NCBI GenBank assembly: GCA_947175015.1
Contig: CAMWLE010000001.1
Location: 13,755-77,754, forward strand
Direction of reading: 5' to 3'
Length of the DNA stretch: 64,000 nt
From: an uncultured bacterium
Lineage (GTDB): Bacteria > Bacillota > Clostridia > Lachnospirales > Lachnospiraceae
How positions within the stretch are numbered: the stretch's first letter is position 1; each line of letters opens with the position of its first letter. The position numbers were made by a program, and so were the translations under genes. Under the pieces are notes generated by a model. The model made no database searches. It had not been told where the DNA came from and saw only the letters and a list, made by a program, of their open reading frames with translations. This document shows positions 40,205 through 49,782 of the stretch, piece by piece.

Positions 40205-41950
40205 ATGCCGAGAACAGTGAGCATAGGATGTCAGGATTTTGAGACAATCAGAAGAGAAAATTACTTTTATGTGGACAAAACATCATTCATCAAGGAATGG
40301 TGGGAGCAGGGTGACATGGTGACACTGATCACCCGTCCCAGACGTTTCGGGAAGACATTGACCATGAGCATGGTGGAGAAATTCTTTTCTGTAGGCTATG
40401 CTGACAGGGGAGACCTGTTTGAAGGGTTAAATATATGGGAAGAAGAGAAGTACCGCAAGATACAGGGAACATACCCTGTGATTGCTCTCAGTTTCGCAGA
40501 TGTGAAGCAAACCTCTTTTACACAGACAAGGAAAGCCATATGCCGTATTATCAAATTACTATATGACAGATATGACTTTTTGCTGGAAGGAAATTTCCTA
40601 AGCGACAGTGAAAAAGATGACTTCAGGCAGATATCAGTAGAAATGGAGGATAATACGGCAGCATTTTCTTTGAAAATGCTCTCCCTCTACCTCTCCCGCT
40701 ATTATGGTAAAAAGGTGATTATTCTGTTGGATGAATACGATACGCCCATGCAGGAAGCTTATGTGAACGGATACTGGGAGGAACTTGTTGCCTTTACCAG
40801 AAGCCTTTTCAATGCCACATTCAAGACGAACCCTTATCTGGAACGGGCTATTATGACGGGAATTACACGGGTAAGCAGAGAATCCATGTTTTCTGACTTG
40901 AACCATCTGGAGTTGGTCACTGCCACTTCCGAAAAGCACGCAGATAGCTTTGGCTTCACAGAAGAAGAAGTGTTTGCGGCATTGGACGAGTATGGACTGT
41001 CTGAACGAAGAGAAGAAGTACGCCGGTGGTACGATGGCTTTATCTTTGGGAATCGAGCAGATATCTATAACCCATGGTCTATTATCAATTATCTGGATAA
41101 GAGAAAGGCAGCTCTTTACTGGGTCAACACCAGCTCCAACAGTCTCGCCGGGAAGCTGATCAGGGAAGGAAGCCCGAACCTCAAGATGACCATGGAACAT
41201 CTGCTGGAAGGAGGGCATTTTCAGACGATTCTTGATGAACAGGTTGTGTTCAGCCAGTTGGACCAGGATGATGACGCCGTGTGGAGTCTGCTGCTTGCCA
41301 GCGGCTATCTGAAGGCGGAACATACTGAATTTGACGCGGAAAGCGGGGAAAACGTATATGTCTTGAGCCTGACGAATACAGAAGTGCGCTGCATGTTCCG
41401 CCAGATGATCAAATCCTGGTTCGCAGGATGCCGCCAATACAATCATGGTTTTCTTCAGGCATTGCTGGCCGATGATGTAAAGGCAATGAACGCATATATG
41501 AATAAGGTCGCCCTGCAGACATTCAGCTATTTTGATACAGGGAAGCGCCCTTCCGACGCGGAGCCGGAACGGTTCTATCATGGTTTTGTGCTGGGGATGA
41601 TGGTAGAACTGTCTGACAGATATGTATTGACCTCCAACCGTGAGAGCGGTTTTGGCAGATATGATGTAATGCTGGAGCCAAAATGGGAAGCTGCGGCCGC
41701 AAATGGTCAGGCTGGCAATGGTTTGCCCTTGAACGCAATTATTATGGAATTCAAAGTGCAGGATACGGAAGAGGAACCGGAACTGTCCGATACCGTAACA
41801 AAAGCATTGGAACAGATTGAACGGCAAAATTACGAGGCCGCGCTGATTGCAAAGGGAATTCCGGCGGAGCGTATCCGAAAGTATGGTTTTGCCTTTTGTG
41901 GAAAACGAGTGCTGATTGGATCACAAAGAAATTTTCATAATAATTCGTGA
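40205..41950 (+). CDS. AAA-like ATPase fused to a PD-(D/E)XK nuclease (DUF1703-type)
   Basis: YVDKT, TRPRRFGKTL, LLDEYDTP, WYDGF, YNPWS, SNRESGFGRYD, IMEFK, ALEQI. Confidence 0.9.
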   Translation: MPRTVSIGCQDFETIRRENYFYVDKTSFIKEWWEQGDMVTLITRPRRFGKTLTMSMVEKFFSVGYADRGDLFEGLNIWEEEKYRKIQGTYPVIALSFADVKQTSFTQTRKAICRIIKLLYDRYDFLLEGNFLSDSEKDDFRQISVEMEDNTAAFSLKMLSLYLSRYYGKKVIILLDEYDTPMQEAYVNGYWEELVAFTRSLFNATFKTNPYLERAIMTGITRVSRESMFSDLNHLELVTATSEKHADSFGFTEEEVFAALDEYGLSERREEVRRWYDGFIFGNRADIYNPWSIINYLDKRKAALYWVNTSSNSLAGKLIREGSPNLKMTMEHLLEGGHFQTILDEQVVFSQLDQDDDAVWSLLLASGYLKAEHTEFDAESGENVYVLSLTNTEVRCMFRQMIKSWFAGCRQYNHGFLQALLADDVKAMNAYMNKVALQTFSYFDTGKRPSDAEPERFYHGFVLGMMVELSDRYVLTSNRESGFGRYDVMLEPKWEAAAANGQAGNGLPLNAIIMEFKVQDTEEEPELSDTVTKALEQIERQNYEAALIAKGIPAERIRKYGFAFCGKRVLIGSQRNFHNNS

Positions 41951-42126
41951 GCCCCATATTTATAAGAGTTCGCTGGGACTTAAACTGCCATTGGGAACCA
42001 TATCAGATTGTTACTGTCCTGCAGGAAACAGAAACAATATATGGATATAAGTTGCTTTGTTTCGCTATCTATTGTATTTTAAATGTAAAATAGGACGCCT
42101 GGAAAGGCTGGAATGCTTACTTGACA

Positions 42127-42196
42127 GACAAGTCTGGAAGAACGCTGCCTTCGCGTTCTTCCGTGTACAAAAAGTCTGCTGTGAAGACTTAGATTT
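42127..42196. repeat. Dispersed palindromic intergenic repeat, copy 4
   Basis: GGAAGAACGC-tgccttc-GCGTTCTTCC followed by GTGTACAAAAAGTCTGCTGTGAAGACTT. Confidence 0.75.
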
Positions 42197-42925
42197 TCAC
42201 CCCATTCTCTTTTGGTACTTCTCCACCGCTTCAATAATCACTTTCTTTTTGTTCGATCCAAAATCAAGCTCCATACCGTTACATAACAGCAGAGTCCTGC
42301 TTCCCACTTCCCTTACATACTGCAGATTCGCCAAATAATTCTTATGAATGCGTAAGAATCCATATCCTGACAGTTCTTCCTCCATCGGCTTCAGGCTCCC
42401 ATATACATGATAGGATGTTCCGTCCGTGAGCCGCACCGTCAGCGTATGCCCGGAACATTCAATATACAGAATATTTCCCAATACCACATTCCTGTGTCTG
42501 AATCCCTCTTTTGTTCTCAACTTGAAATGTATTGGCGCAGTGACCTGAAAATATTTTTTGATCGCTCTGTCCATATCCGCTGATAACCGTTTCTTTCTGA
42601 CAAACCATAACGGCATACATTCATAGGTATCAAATACCCTGTCCTCATGCGCAGACACAAATATAATTCGCAGATCCCGGTTATCCATGCCCAGCAGCCT
42701 GGCCAGTTCAATCCCATCCATCTCAGGCAGAACCAAGTCCATGAATACCAAATCATAAGAACATGTACGGCAGCTCTCATATAAACTTCTTCCATCACAA
42801 AAAAGGTGCATTTCCGCCTCCGGTTCCCCAAGAGCCGCCATGCACCTACAAAATTCATCTCTGACGCGAACCACCTCTGTTTCATCCCCGTCACAAATAC
42901 CGACTACCAATTTCTTCCCCATCAT
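42197..42925 (-). CDS. LytTR family response regulator
   Basis: REC (GICD, VFMDLVLPEMDG, IIFVS) and LytTR (ILYIE, FLRIHKNYLAN). Confidence 0.9.
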   Translation of the reverse strand: MMGKKLVVGICDGDETEVVRVRDEFCRCMAALGEPEAEMHLFCDGRSLYESCRTCSYDLVFMDLVLPEMDGIELARLLGMDNRDLRIIFVSAHEDRVFDTYECMPLWFVRKKRLSADMDRAIKKYFQVTAPIHFKLRTKEGFRHRNVVLGNILYIECSGHTLTVRLTDGTSYHVYGSLKPMEEELSGYGFLRIHKNYLANLQYVREVGSRTLLLCNGMELDFGSNKKKVIIEAVEKYQKRMG

Positions 42926-43283
42926 TTGTACCTCTTTTTTCTTTTCCGTTTTTTAAATACTTAACACTACCTTTCTTCTCATCGTTACCCTCTTTGTACT
43001 GCCTCCCTATTGTCAGGCATTCCCTCATTATCTTATGCGGACAGCTCAGGCATTGCACCTCAGTTATTGCACCTCCTTTATTATACCAGTCTCCCAGACG
43101 TCGTCCCTGTTTTTTGATTGAATCCCTGTATTTTTTCACTGAATTTCCATTCTTCCGGCTACCCTACCTGTTTCTGCTGCCAAATACTGCGGTTTAAGAC
43201 AAAAAATACCCTTTTGGCTCATTTTTTCCCTTTTTGCAGTCCGATACGGTATTCTATTTACAAATAGTGAAGGAGGAAATCTC

Positions 43284-43838
43284 ATGGAAGCCGTGAAAAG
43301 TTATCTGAAGACCAAACATAACCTAAGCAGCTATCAGATTGCCCAGATAACATTCCTGTTCAAATCCCTGGGTTCGGAACTGAGTAAATTGTTGCTTATG
43401 GGTCTTCTGTTCCATGACCGGTTGGGAATGTACCTGTTTGCCCTGGCCGTGATGATGTGCTTAAGATGCAGTACAGGAGGACTTCATTTTTATACCTATA
43501 TTGGATGTCTGGCTGCTTCCGTCCTATACTTATGGATGAGTATATACCTTCTTCCTCATGTGGAAATTATGATGGCTCTCAAGCTTGTACTATTGTCTGT
43601 CTGCATATTCATCTGCCACTATATAGGGCCGGTCACGTCCAAATACAGGCCCGCTTTTACCTCAGCACAACTAAAGCGATACAGCGCTTTTACCTGCCGC
43701 TTTATCTTCTTTTTTGCCCTGGGCACATATATAATTCCGGAAAACCCATATATGATTATCGGTTTCTGGGTTATTATATTACATTCTATTCAATTAATTA
43801 TGGGGAAAATACGAAAGAAAGGAGTTGAGAACAAATGA
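43284..43838 (+). CDS. agrB: AgrB-like autoinducing-peptide processing protein
   Basis: LRCSTGGLHFYTYIGC (R..GG.H......C catalytic motif), GPV.SK.RP, multiple TM segments; AAGGAGG RBS. Confidence 0.85.
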   Translation: MEAVKSYLKTKHNLSSYQIAQITFLFKSLGSELSKLLLMGLLFHDRLGMYLFALAVMMCLRCSTGGLHFYTYIGCLAASVLYLWMSIYLLPHVEIMMALKLVLLSVCIFICHYIGPVTSKYRPAFTSAQLKRYSAFTCRFIFFFALGTYIIPENPYMIIGFWVIILHSIQLIMGKIRKKGVENK

Positions 43839-43969
43839 TAGACTGGATAATGGAGCGTATTGAATCTTTTTCCTGGACGATGGAAACTACGATTCCCAGC
43901 TTTATGTTATTTGGGGAGTATCCATATCCCTCAAAAGAGGAAGAAGAATCTGATAATACCCAAGAGTAA
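43835..43969 (+). CDS. agrD: AgrD-like cyclic peptide precursor, 44 aa (not in ORF track)
   Basis: ATGA overlap with the agrB stop, AAGGAG RBS; MIDWIMERIESFSWTMETTIPSFMLFGEYPYPSKEEEESDNTQE. Confidence 0.8.
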   Translation: MIDWIMERIESFSWTMETTIPSFMLFGEYPYPSKEEEESDNTQE

Positions 43970-43988
43970 TAATCTTGCCTTCTTTTAC

Positions 43989-44027
43989 AGAGAAAAGGGA
44001 CAGCGTCATCAGCCGTCCCTTTTCTCT
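43989..44027. terminator. Bidirectional terminator between agrD and agrC
   Basis: AGAGAAAAGGGAC / GTCCCTTTTCTCT inverted repeat. Confidence 0.7.
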
Positions 44028-45289
44028 ATCCATAATGTAAATTTTATCCAATTTTCCTGATGTATCTCCACATTTTCACAGCTCATCTCACAGCCGTTTT
44101 CATCGCATAACTGCTTCACATGGTACAGACCGATTCCCCTGCCCTTTCCTTTACTGCTTTGATTCAGACGGAACCAATCCAATACTTCCTCCTGTCCCAC
44201 ATGCCGGAAAGGATTCAATACCGCAAACTGATATCTGGCATCCTCTTCTGTAATACAGATGCTGATGCGCTGATGCTCCAATCCCTTTTGCGATTCTACA
44301 GCATTATCAAACAGCACGCCAAGCATTTCAACCAAATGATATTCCAAAATAGCATATCTGCCAACCCGCGTCTTCATCTTGACATCTACATGGATGCCAT
44401 CCGACTCTGCTTCCTGAATTTTCCCATACAGGAAAGCCGCCAGGATATTGTCCCCCATAAGCAGCAGGTCATTATATTTATGGTCCTGGAGAAGCAAATG
44501 ACAATATTCCTCCTGCGCTTTCACCAATTGCTCATAGGTTTTGTAAGTATAATGCGCGGAAAATATTGCTGCAATATGATTCTTAAATTCATGCTGTTTC
44601 ATTCTCACCGATGCCAGCAAACTGTCATATTGCGTCTGCATATTATGTACCATTTCCACTTCCTGTTCCATACATTTTGCCTCGTCCTGCGCACTGCCCC
44701 ATTTTGCAATATACACAAGTAAAAACACCACAGCAGGAACCGCCAATACAAAATATTCTACAGGAATTTCTCCATTTACCTTGCCCGCAAACAGCATCAG
44801 GAATATAATCATTGCTGCAAAGGCAATAGCGAGCAAATGAAATCCTTTCTTTTTAGATGCCAGCTTTCCCAGTCTATCAACCTTGCACCTTGGCAGAATC
44901 CATCCGCAAAATCCCAATACCACCATATTCCCCGTAAATGTCCGCAATACTTCATTCTCTGATACAAAAATGCTCACAACAATCATACACATAAACTGTA
45001 TCGCCACAAACAAAAGGTGAAAAAGCACTACCCTGATTACTGTGTGCCAAACCGACTCCCTGAATTCACATATGCAGTATAGCAAAAAGAATAACTGGCT
45101 TATCATTGTATAGCCATTGCTTATCTGCAGAACATATACCACTTCCGATATAGCCAAAATCCCCAGAAACACCAACATGGTCTTGACATCAAGCCGGACT
45201 TTCTTTCCATAGATACAATGTATGCAAAGAATCGTCGACCATACTTCCGCAGCCATTGCCATATGGAGCAGCACATTATTGAAAGGCAT
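44009..45289 (-). CDS. AgrC-like GHKL sensor histidine kinase
   Basis: 6-7 TM segments; QHEFKNHI, LFDNAVE, SSKGKGRGIGL. Confidence 0.88.
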   Translation of the reverse strand: MPFNNVLLHMAMAAEVWSTILCIHCIYGKKVRLDVKTMLVFLGILAISEVVYVLQISNGYTMISQLFFLLYCICEFRESVWHTVIRVVLFHLLFVAIQFMCMIVVSIFVSENEVLRTFTGNMVVLGFCGWILPRCKVDRLGKLASKKKGFHLLAIAFAAMIIFLMLFAGKVNGEIPVEYFVLAVPAVVFLLVYIAKWGSAQDEAKCMEQEVEMVHNMQTQYDSLLASVRMKQHEFKNHIAAIFSAHYTYKTYEQLVKAQEEYCHLLLQDHKYNDLLLMGDNILAAFLYGKIQEAESDGIHVDVKMKTRVGRYAILEYHLVEMLGVLFDNAVESQKGLEHQRISICITEEDARYQFAVLNPFRHVGQEEVLDWFRLNQSSKGKGRGIGLYHVKQLCDENGCEMSCENVEIHQENWIKFTLWIEKRDG

Positions 45290-45998
45290 CCCGTATATCC
45301 TTTTTATACTTTTCCCCTATTTCCACCCGGCCTGAACCATCCTTCAATTGTATGATACGATTTGGGATATCCACATTATGTACGAAGACTTTGTTGATGA
45401 TCGTATTACGGCTGCATTGTATCATATCAGAGCTGTCAAGCTGCTCCAGAAAACTTTTCAATGTAAGATACGGCACTGACAGCATATCTCCATTTTGGGT
45501 ATAAATATTCATAGCATGATTGGCACACTCTGCGTAAACGATATCCTCCCTCTCAACGGCAAATATAATGCCCTCCTTGCGAAAATATAAGGTTTTGCCT
45601 TTCTTTCTGCGCTCAGGAACAGAAAGGCATTCTCCCACAAGCTGCTTAAATCGGCCCGGCTCAAAAGGCTTCTCTATGAAACTATAGCAATGCAGTTTTT
45701 CATAGGTATATAGTTTCTCATCCTGCAATGAAGTCACAAATATCACTGGTGTAAGCCCATAATATCCCACCCGCCTGATATTATCCACAAACTTCAGCCC
45801 GGATGAATCACCCGGGCAGCCCATATCCAACATAATATCAATCAGGAATAAATCGATCTCGTGTTCCATGGCGCATTGGTATGCGTCTTTCACATTGTCA
45901 TAAGAAAAAACAGTACTTTTCACATCCAGCTCGCCCACAAGTGCAGCCATATGCGCCAGCATTGCCGGATTATCTTCCAGAATCAGTATCTTTTTCAA
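45276..45998 (-). CDS. AgrA-like LytTR response regulator
   Basis: ILEDN, FLIDI, IFVTS, FIEKP; IVYAE, IQCSRNTIIN; overlaps the kinase start. Confidence 0.88.
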   Translation of the reverse strand: MKKILILEDNPAMLAHMAALVGELDVKSTVFSYDNVKDAYQCAMEHEIDLFLIDIMLDMGCPGDSSGLKFVDNIRRVGYYGLTPVIFVTSLQDEKLYTYEKLHCYSFIEKPFEPGRFKQLVGECLSVPERRKKGKTLYFRKEGIIFAVEREDIVYAECANHAMNIYTQNGDMLSVPYLTLKSFLEQLDSSDMIQCSRNTIINKVFVHNVDIPNRIIQLKDGSGRVEIGEKYKKDIRDAFQ

Positions 45999-46074
45999 CG
46001 CAATTCCCCTTTAGCATGAAAAAACAAAGCTTTAAAAACATAATTTTAGATACAAACCGCTTTCAGATTACCCA

Positions 46075-46794
46075 TTACATGTCTGCGGAAGCAGGAAATA
46101 AAGTATTGTCATGCAGTTCCGTCAGAAACCGAAAAACAAACTCTCCCTTCTCTTTCTTCATCATTTCCAATAAACAACTTATCACATTTGCCAGTCCTTC
46201 TGCATCCTTTAGTACGGCCGCCGGCGGAATACAGTACATATCATACAGCTTATATACAATTTCACTGTCCGGGAGTGTCTTACTGTTTTCCAATGCACGC
46301 AGCTTCTTTACATCAACACCCAACTCACCGGCCATCTTCTTCTGTGAACAATCCAACTGTTTCCTTAAACCATAGAATACATTCGACTCCACCTTCTGCT
46401 TCTCTTCCACACAGCCCAGATACGCCACCTGCCTGTACATAGCTTCCCACTGCGCTCCCGCCTGGGTTACATATAAATACTTCACCGCCGCGGACAGAAT
46501 ACTAAGACATCCCAGCAATTCGGAATATTTCAATTTACAGAAAAAGTCTTTATACATTCCGCTGCAGCGCTGTCCTGTAAAAATGAAATGTACATCCATG
46601 CCATGTTCACACATGGACTTCAATTCATAATACGCCAAAAGCCGCTCTCCCCGTTCCACCTTGCTGTAATAGCTCTGGCTGATATGAATATATCGACTCA
46701 TCTGTTCCTGCGTAACAGACATTCTCCCGCGCTCGTCCCTTAACCTTTGCAACGCACTTTCATAACTCATACTTTTGGGTAATCTTTCTATCAA
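46075..46794 (-). CDS. Double-HTH XRE-family regulator, copy A
   Basis: TQEQMS..ISQSYYSKVERGE and SQKKMA.ELGV....LRALEN. Confidence 0.85.
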   Translation of the reverse strand: MIERLPKSMSYESALQRLRDERGRMSVTQEQMSRYIHISQSYYSKVERGERLLAYYELKSMCEHGMDVHFIFTGQRCSGMYKDFFCKLKYSELLGCLSILSAAVKYLYVTQAGAQWEAMYRQVAYLGCVEEKQKVESNVFYGLRKQLDCSQKKMAGELGVDVKKLRALENSKTLPDSEIVYKLYDMYCIPPAAVLKDAEGLANVISCLLEMMKKEKGEFVFRFLTELHDNTLFPASADM

Positions 46795-47338
46795 TTTTAA
46801 TTTATTTCATACCCATTTTATATCATTTTACATGCCTGTGTTGCACCGTTTTAGGACTATTCAATTATACTTTCATGAAAACTCTATGCCCTTTTTGGAC
46901 AAGCTCTACCATATTTTTTCCAGGATGCGCTTTCAACACCCCAATCAGCAGCGAGAATCTTTTTTCCTGCAATTTCATCTATGTCCATTTTCTTTTCATC
47001 AGCCTATTAATAACTATATGGTCTTACATCATTTACTATTCCTATCATCTTCTTATCCTTTCAGTTCATATTTAATGGCTATGTTTTATGCTCTGCGCAA
47101 CACCTGGTATCAGATCAGGGAACACCCCATCCGATAAAATACATTAAGTCGGCCCCCCAATAATAACGAATATTTAATCATAGCCACCCCAATATAGTTT
47201 CTTCCAACAATTCTAACAGAAACTATTCATCTGGTAAAGCGAAAATAAATAATATCTTCAATAAGTCTTTTGGCTAAGTCCCCAAAAATCTGCTATAATG
47301 AATGAGGGATTCCCATGATACTAAAGCGGAGGTGGACT

Positions 47339-47870
47339 ATGATACAGATATGTCGGAAAGACAATGAAAAAGTTTACGAAGCGATTCGCACAAGAAAAAT
47401 AGATGTAGCAGAAATGGCATTCCCCAACCAGATAAATGACATCATCCTTACAATGAAATGACGGGGGCCTGCAGATCTTTTCGCACAGGTCCTGCCGGAC
47501 AAACACAAATGTAACAGCCACATTCCTTTTGACATCCTTCTGTGCCTTGCCTTTGCAGCCAAGCTCAAATGTAAGACCAGTCTTACTGCCCCTTTTGCCA
47601 TAACAGAAGCAGTCTTCCTGGCTTTGCTGGACGGGAACATATGGGATAGAAACATCTGATGAAAGAACTGGATATCCAGCCATGTGTCCACATATTGGAC
47701 TACAAAAAGGTCCTTGTCAGTCTGGACAATGATAATTATGAAAATTCTTCTGTGTTTAAGATAGACAAGGAAAACATGACAGTCTGCCAGGATATTGTAA
47801 AACTGGCCACCACCCGCGGAAAATGGCAGAAGCACCCAACCCCCAGAAGAAGACGCAAAGCTATCACTGG
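47339..47870 (+). pseudogene. Degraded transposase remnant
   Basis: GGAGG RBS, MIQICRKDNEKVYEAIR..., stops and frameshifts, ..HIPFDILLCLAFAAKLKCKTSLT.., ..QPCVHILD..V.LDNDNYENS (DDE-like ILD); family assignment from recall. Confidence 0.55.
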
Positions 47871-47893
47871 TTTAATAATTCCCTTTTACCTAT

Positions 47894-48574
47894 TCATTCC
47901 GAAATCAACTCCATAATATTCTTCAATGAGTCGGTTATCTTCCACGGCTTTATCTCATGTTCTTCACAACAGAAACTGTGTTTTCTATCAATTAGTATTG
48001 ACTTTATTCCTACCCTACTAGGACCACAAATATCATCGATATAACTATCTCCCACAAAAAGCACATCTTCTTTGTTACACTTCTCTTTTCTCAAAATATA
48101 ATGATAAAACTCCGGATCAGGCTTATATTTGTGTATCATCTGCGAAGTATATACCCCATCAACAACCAATCCGTTTCTTTCCAAATCCTGATACAATGGG
48201 ACATTATCCGTGGTAGAGCCAATTACCACTTTATACTTTTTTTAAAGATTTTCTACTGACGACAAAGTCTCATCAAAACATTTTCTTTTACCTAAAGTAT
48301 CAAGCATTATATTAACATCACTACAAAAATCCCGGCTTATATAGTATTTCAAATATAATTGTTCTAAATCAAACTTAAAAATTGTTTCTTCATCTATGAA
48401 TAATTTAGCATTCGCGTTATCCATATGAATGCGATGTTGCTTTTTCCATTCCCTATAAAATTCCTCTGGATTGATATCTTTATCTTGTAATGCTAAAATT
48501 TTTTTCACAGCATCTAATGAACCTGTTCCCGTTGAAATTAAAGTTCCATATACATCAAAAATAATCAATTTCAT
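47894..48574 (-). pseudogene. HAD-superfamily hydrolase interrupted by one in-frame TAA
   Basis: IIFDVYGTL, GSTTD, YKPDP, FVGDS..DD; the two track ORFs are in the same frame, separated by TAA at 48242-48244. Confidence 0.8.
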
Positions 48575-48815
48575 ATCGCATCCTCCACTATAAAATTTTT
48601 GTAAACGTGCTAACTCCTTCCATCTATTGTACTTTGAAGTTTCATTACAATAAATTTTCGATATTCCTTTATATTTCAACACTTTGATATTTGTAATCTC
48701 TTCTTCAGTTAACCCCTCCTTATGCACTTTCAATATCAGGAGTTCTGTTGTATGCCCGCCGAAACAAGAAAAGATATACTTTTTGAAAGTACTTCCAATA
48801 CTATGGAGATACCTG

Positions 48816-49511
48816 CTACACACCCGCAAAAGCAGGAAATAAAATATTGTCATGCAGTTCCGTCAGAAACCAAAAAACAAACTCTCCCTTCTCTTTCTTC
48901 ATCAATTCCAATAAACAACTTATCACATTTGCCAGTCCTTCTGCATCCTTCAACACGACCGCCGGCGGAATACAGTACATATCATACAACTTATACACAA
49001 TTTCACTGTCAGGGAAGGTCTTGCTGTTTTCCAGTGCACGCAGCTTCTTCACATCAACACCCAGCTGACCGGCCATCTTCTTCTGTGAACAATCCAACCG
49101 TTTCCTTAAGCCATAGAATACATTGGCCTCCGCCCTCTGCTGGTCTTCCATACAATTCAAATACGCTACTTGTCTATATATGGGTTCCCACTGCTCCGCC
49201 GTATCATTTTGGTATAAATATTTCACCGCTGCGGACAAAATGCGAAGGCAGCCAAGTAGTTCAGTATAGCTCAACCTTCCGAAAAAATCTTTATATTTTC
49301 CGCCACACCGCTGGCCTGTAAAAATGAAATGCACATCTATCCCATGTTCACACATGGACTTCAATTCATAGTATGCCAGCAGCCGCTCTCCCCGTTCCAC
49401 CTTGCTGTAATAGCTCTGGCTGATATGAATATATCGGCTCATCTGTTCCTGTGTAACAGACATTCTCACACGCTCGTCCCTTAACCTTTGCAACGCTCTT
49501 TCATAACTCAT
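48816..49511 (-). CDS. Double-HTH XRE-family regulator, copy B
   Basis: Close paralogue of 46075..46794 at both DNA and protein level. Confidence 0.85.
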   Translation of the reverse strand: MSYERALQRLRDERVRMSVTQEQMSRYIHISQSYYSKVERGERLLAYYELKSMCEHGIDVHFIFTGQRCGGKYKDFFGRLSYTELLGCLRILSAAVKYLYQNDTAEQWEPIYRQVAYLNCMEDQQRAEANVFYGLRKRLDCSQKKMAGQLGVDVKKLRALENSKTFPDSEIVYKLYDMYCIPPAVVLKDAEGLANVISCLLELMKKEKGEFVFWFLTELHDNILFPAFAGV

Positions 49512-49782
49512 ACTTTTGGGTAATCTTTCTATACAATTTTAGTTTATATCGTACCCATTTTATATCAATTTTTATGCCTATATTACACCGAATTAGGACT
49601 ATCAAATTCTGTTTTTACTTTTTGACCAATCATCCCTTCAATGTCAAAACATCACCAAACTGTTAAAGTAAATGATGCAACTTTGATGTGATTTAGATAT
49701 AAATCTGGTGCATTGTAGATATAAAATAGCAATAACATGAAAAAATTGTGGAAAAAAGAATTATGATGAGGGGAAAAACATA

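Noticed and set aside
40634-41827. 397-aa minus-strand ORF
   Set aside because: Fully antisense to the AAA-nuclease gene, with no recognisable motifs.
43860-44060. Track ORF of 66 aa after agrB
   Set aside because: Wrong frame. The RBS-supported, agrB-coupled frame 43835-43969 gives the AgrD-like peptide.
48242-48853. Long N-terminal extension on the HAD ORF, or a programmed frameshift at the A-run
   Set aside because: The real start is ATG 48574 after GGAGG, and the two halves are in frame, so the lesion is a nonsense codon and not a frameshift.
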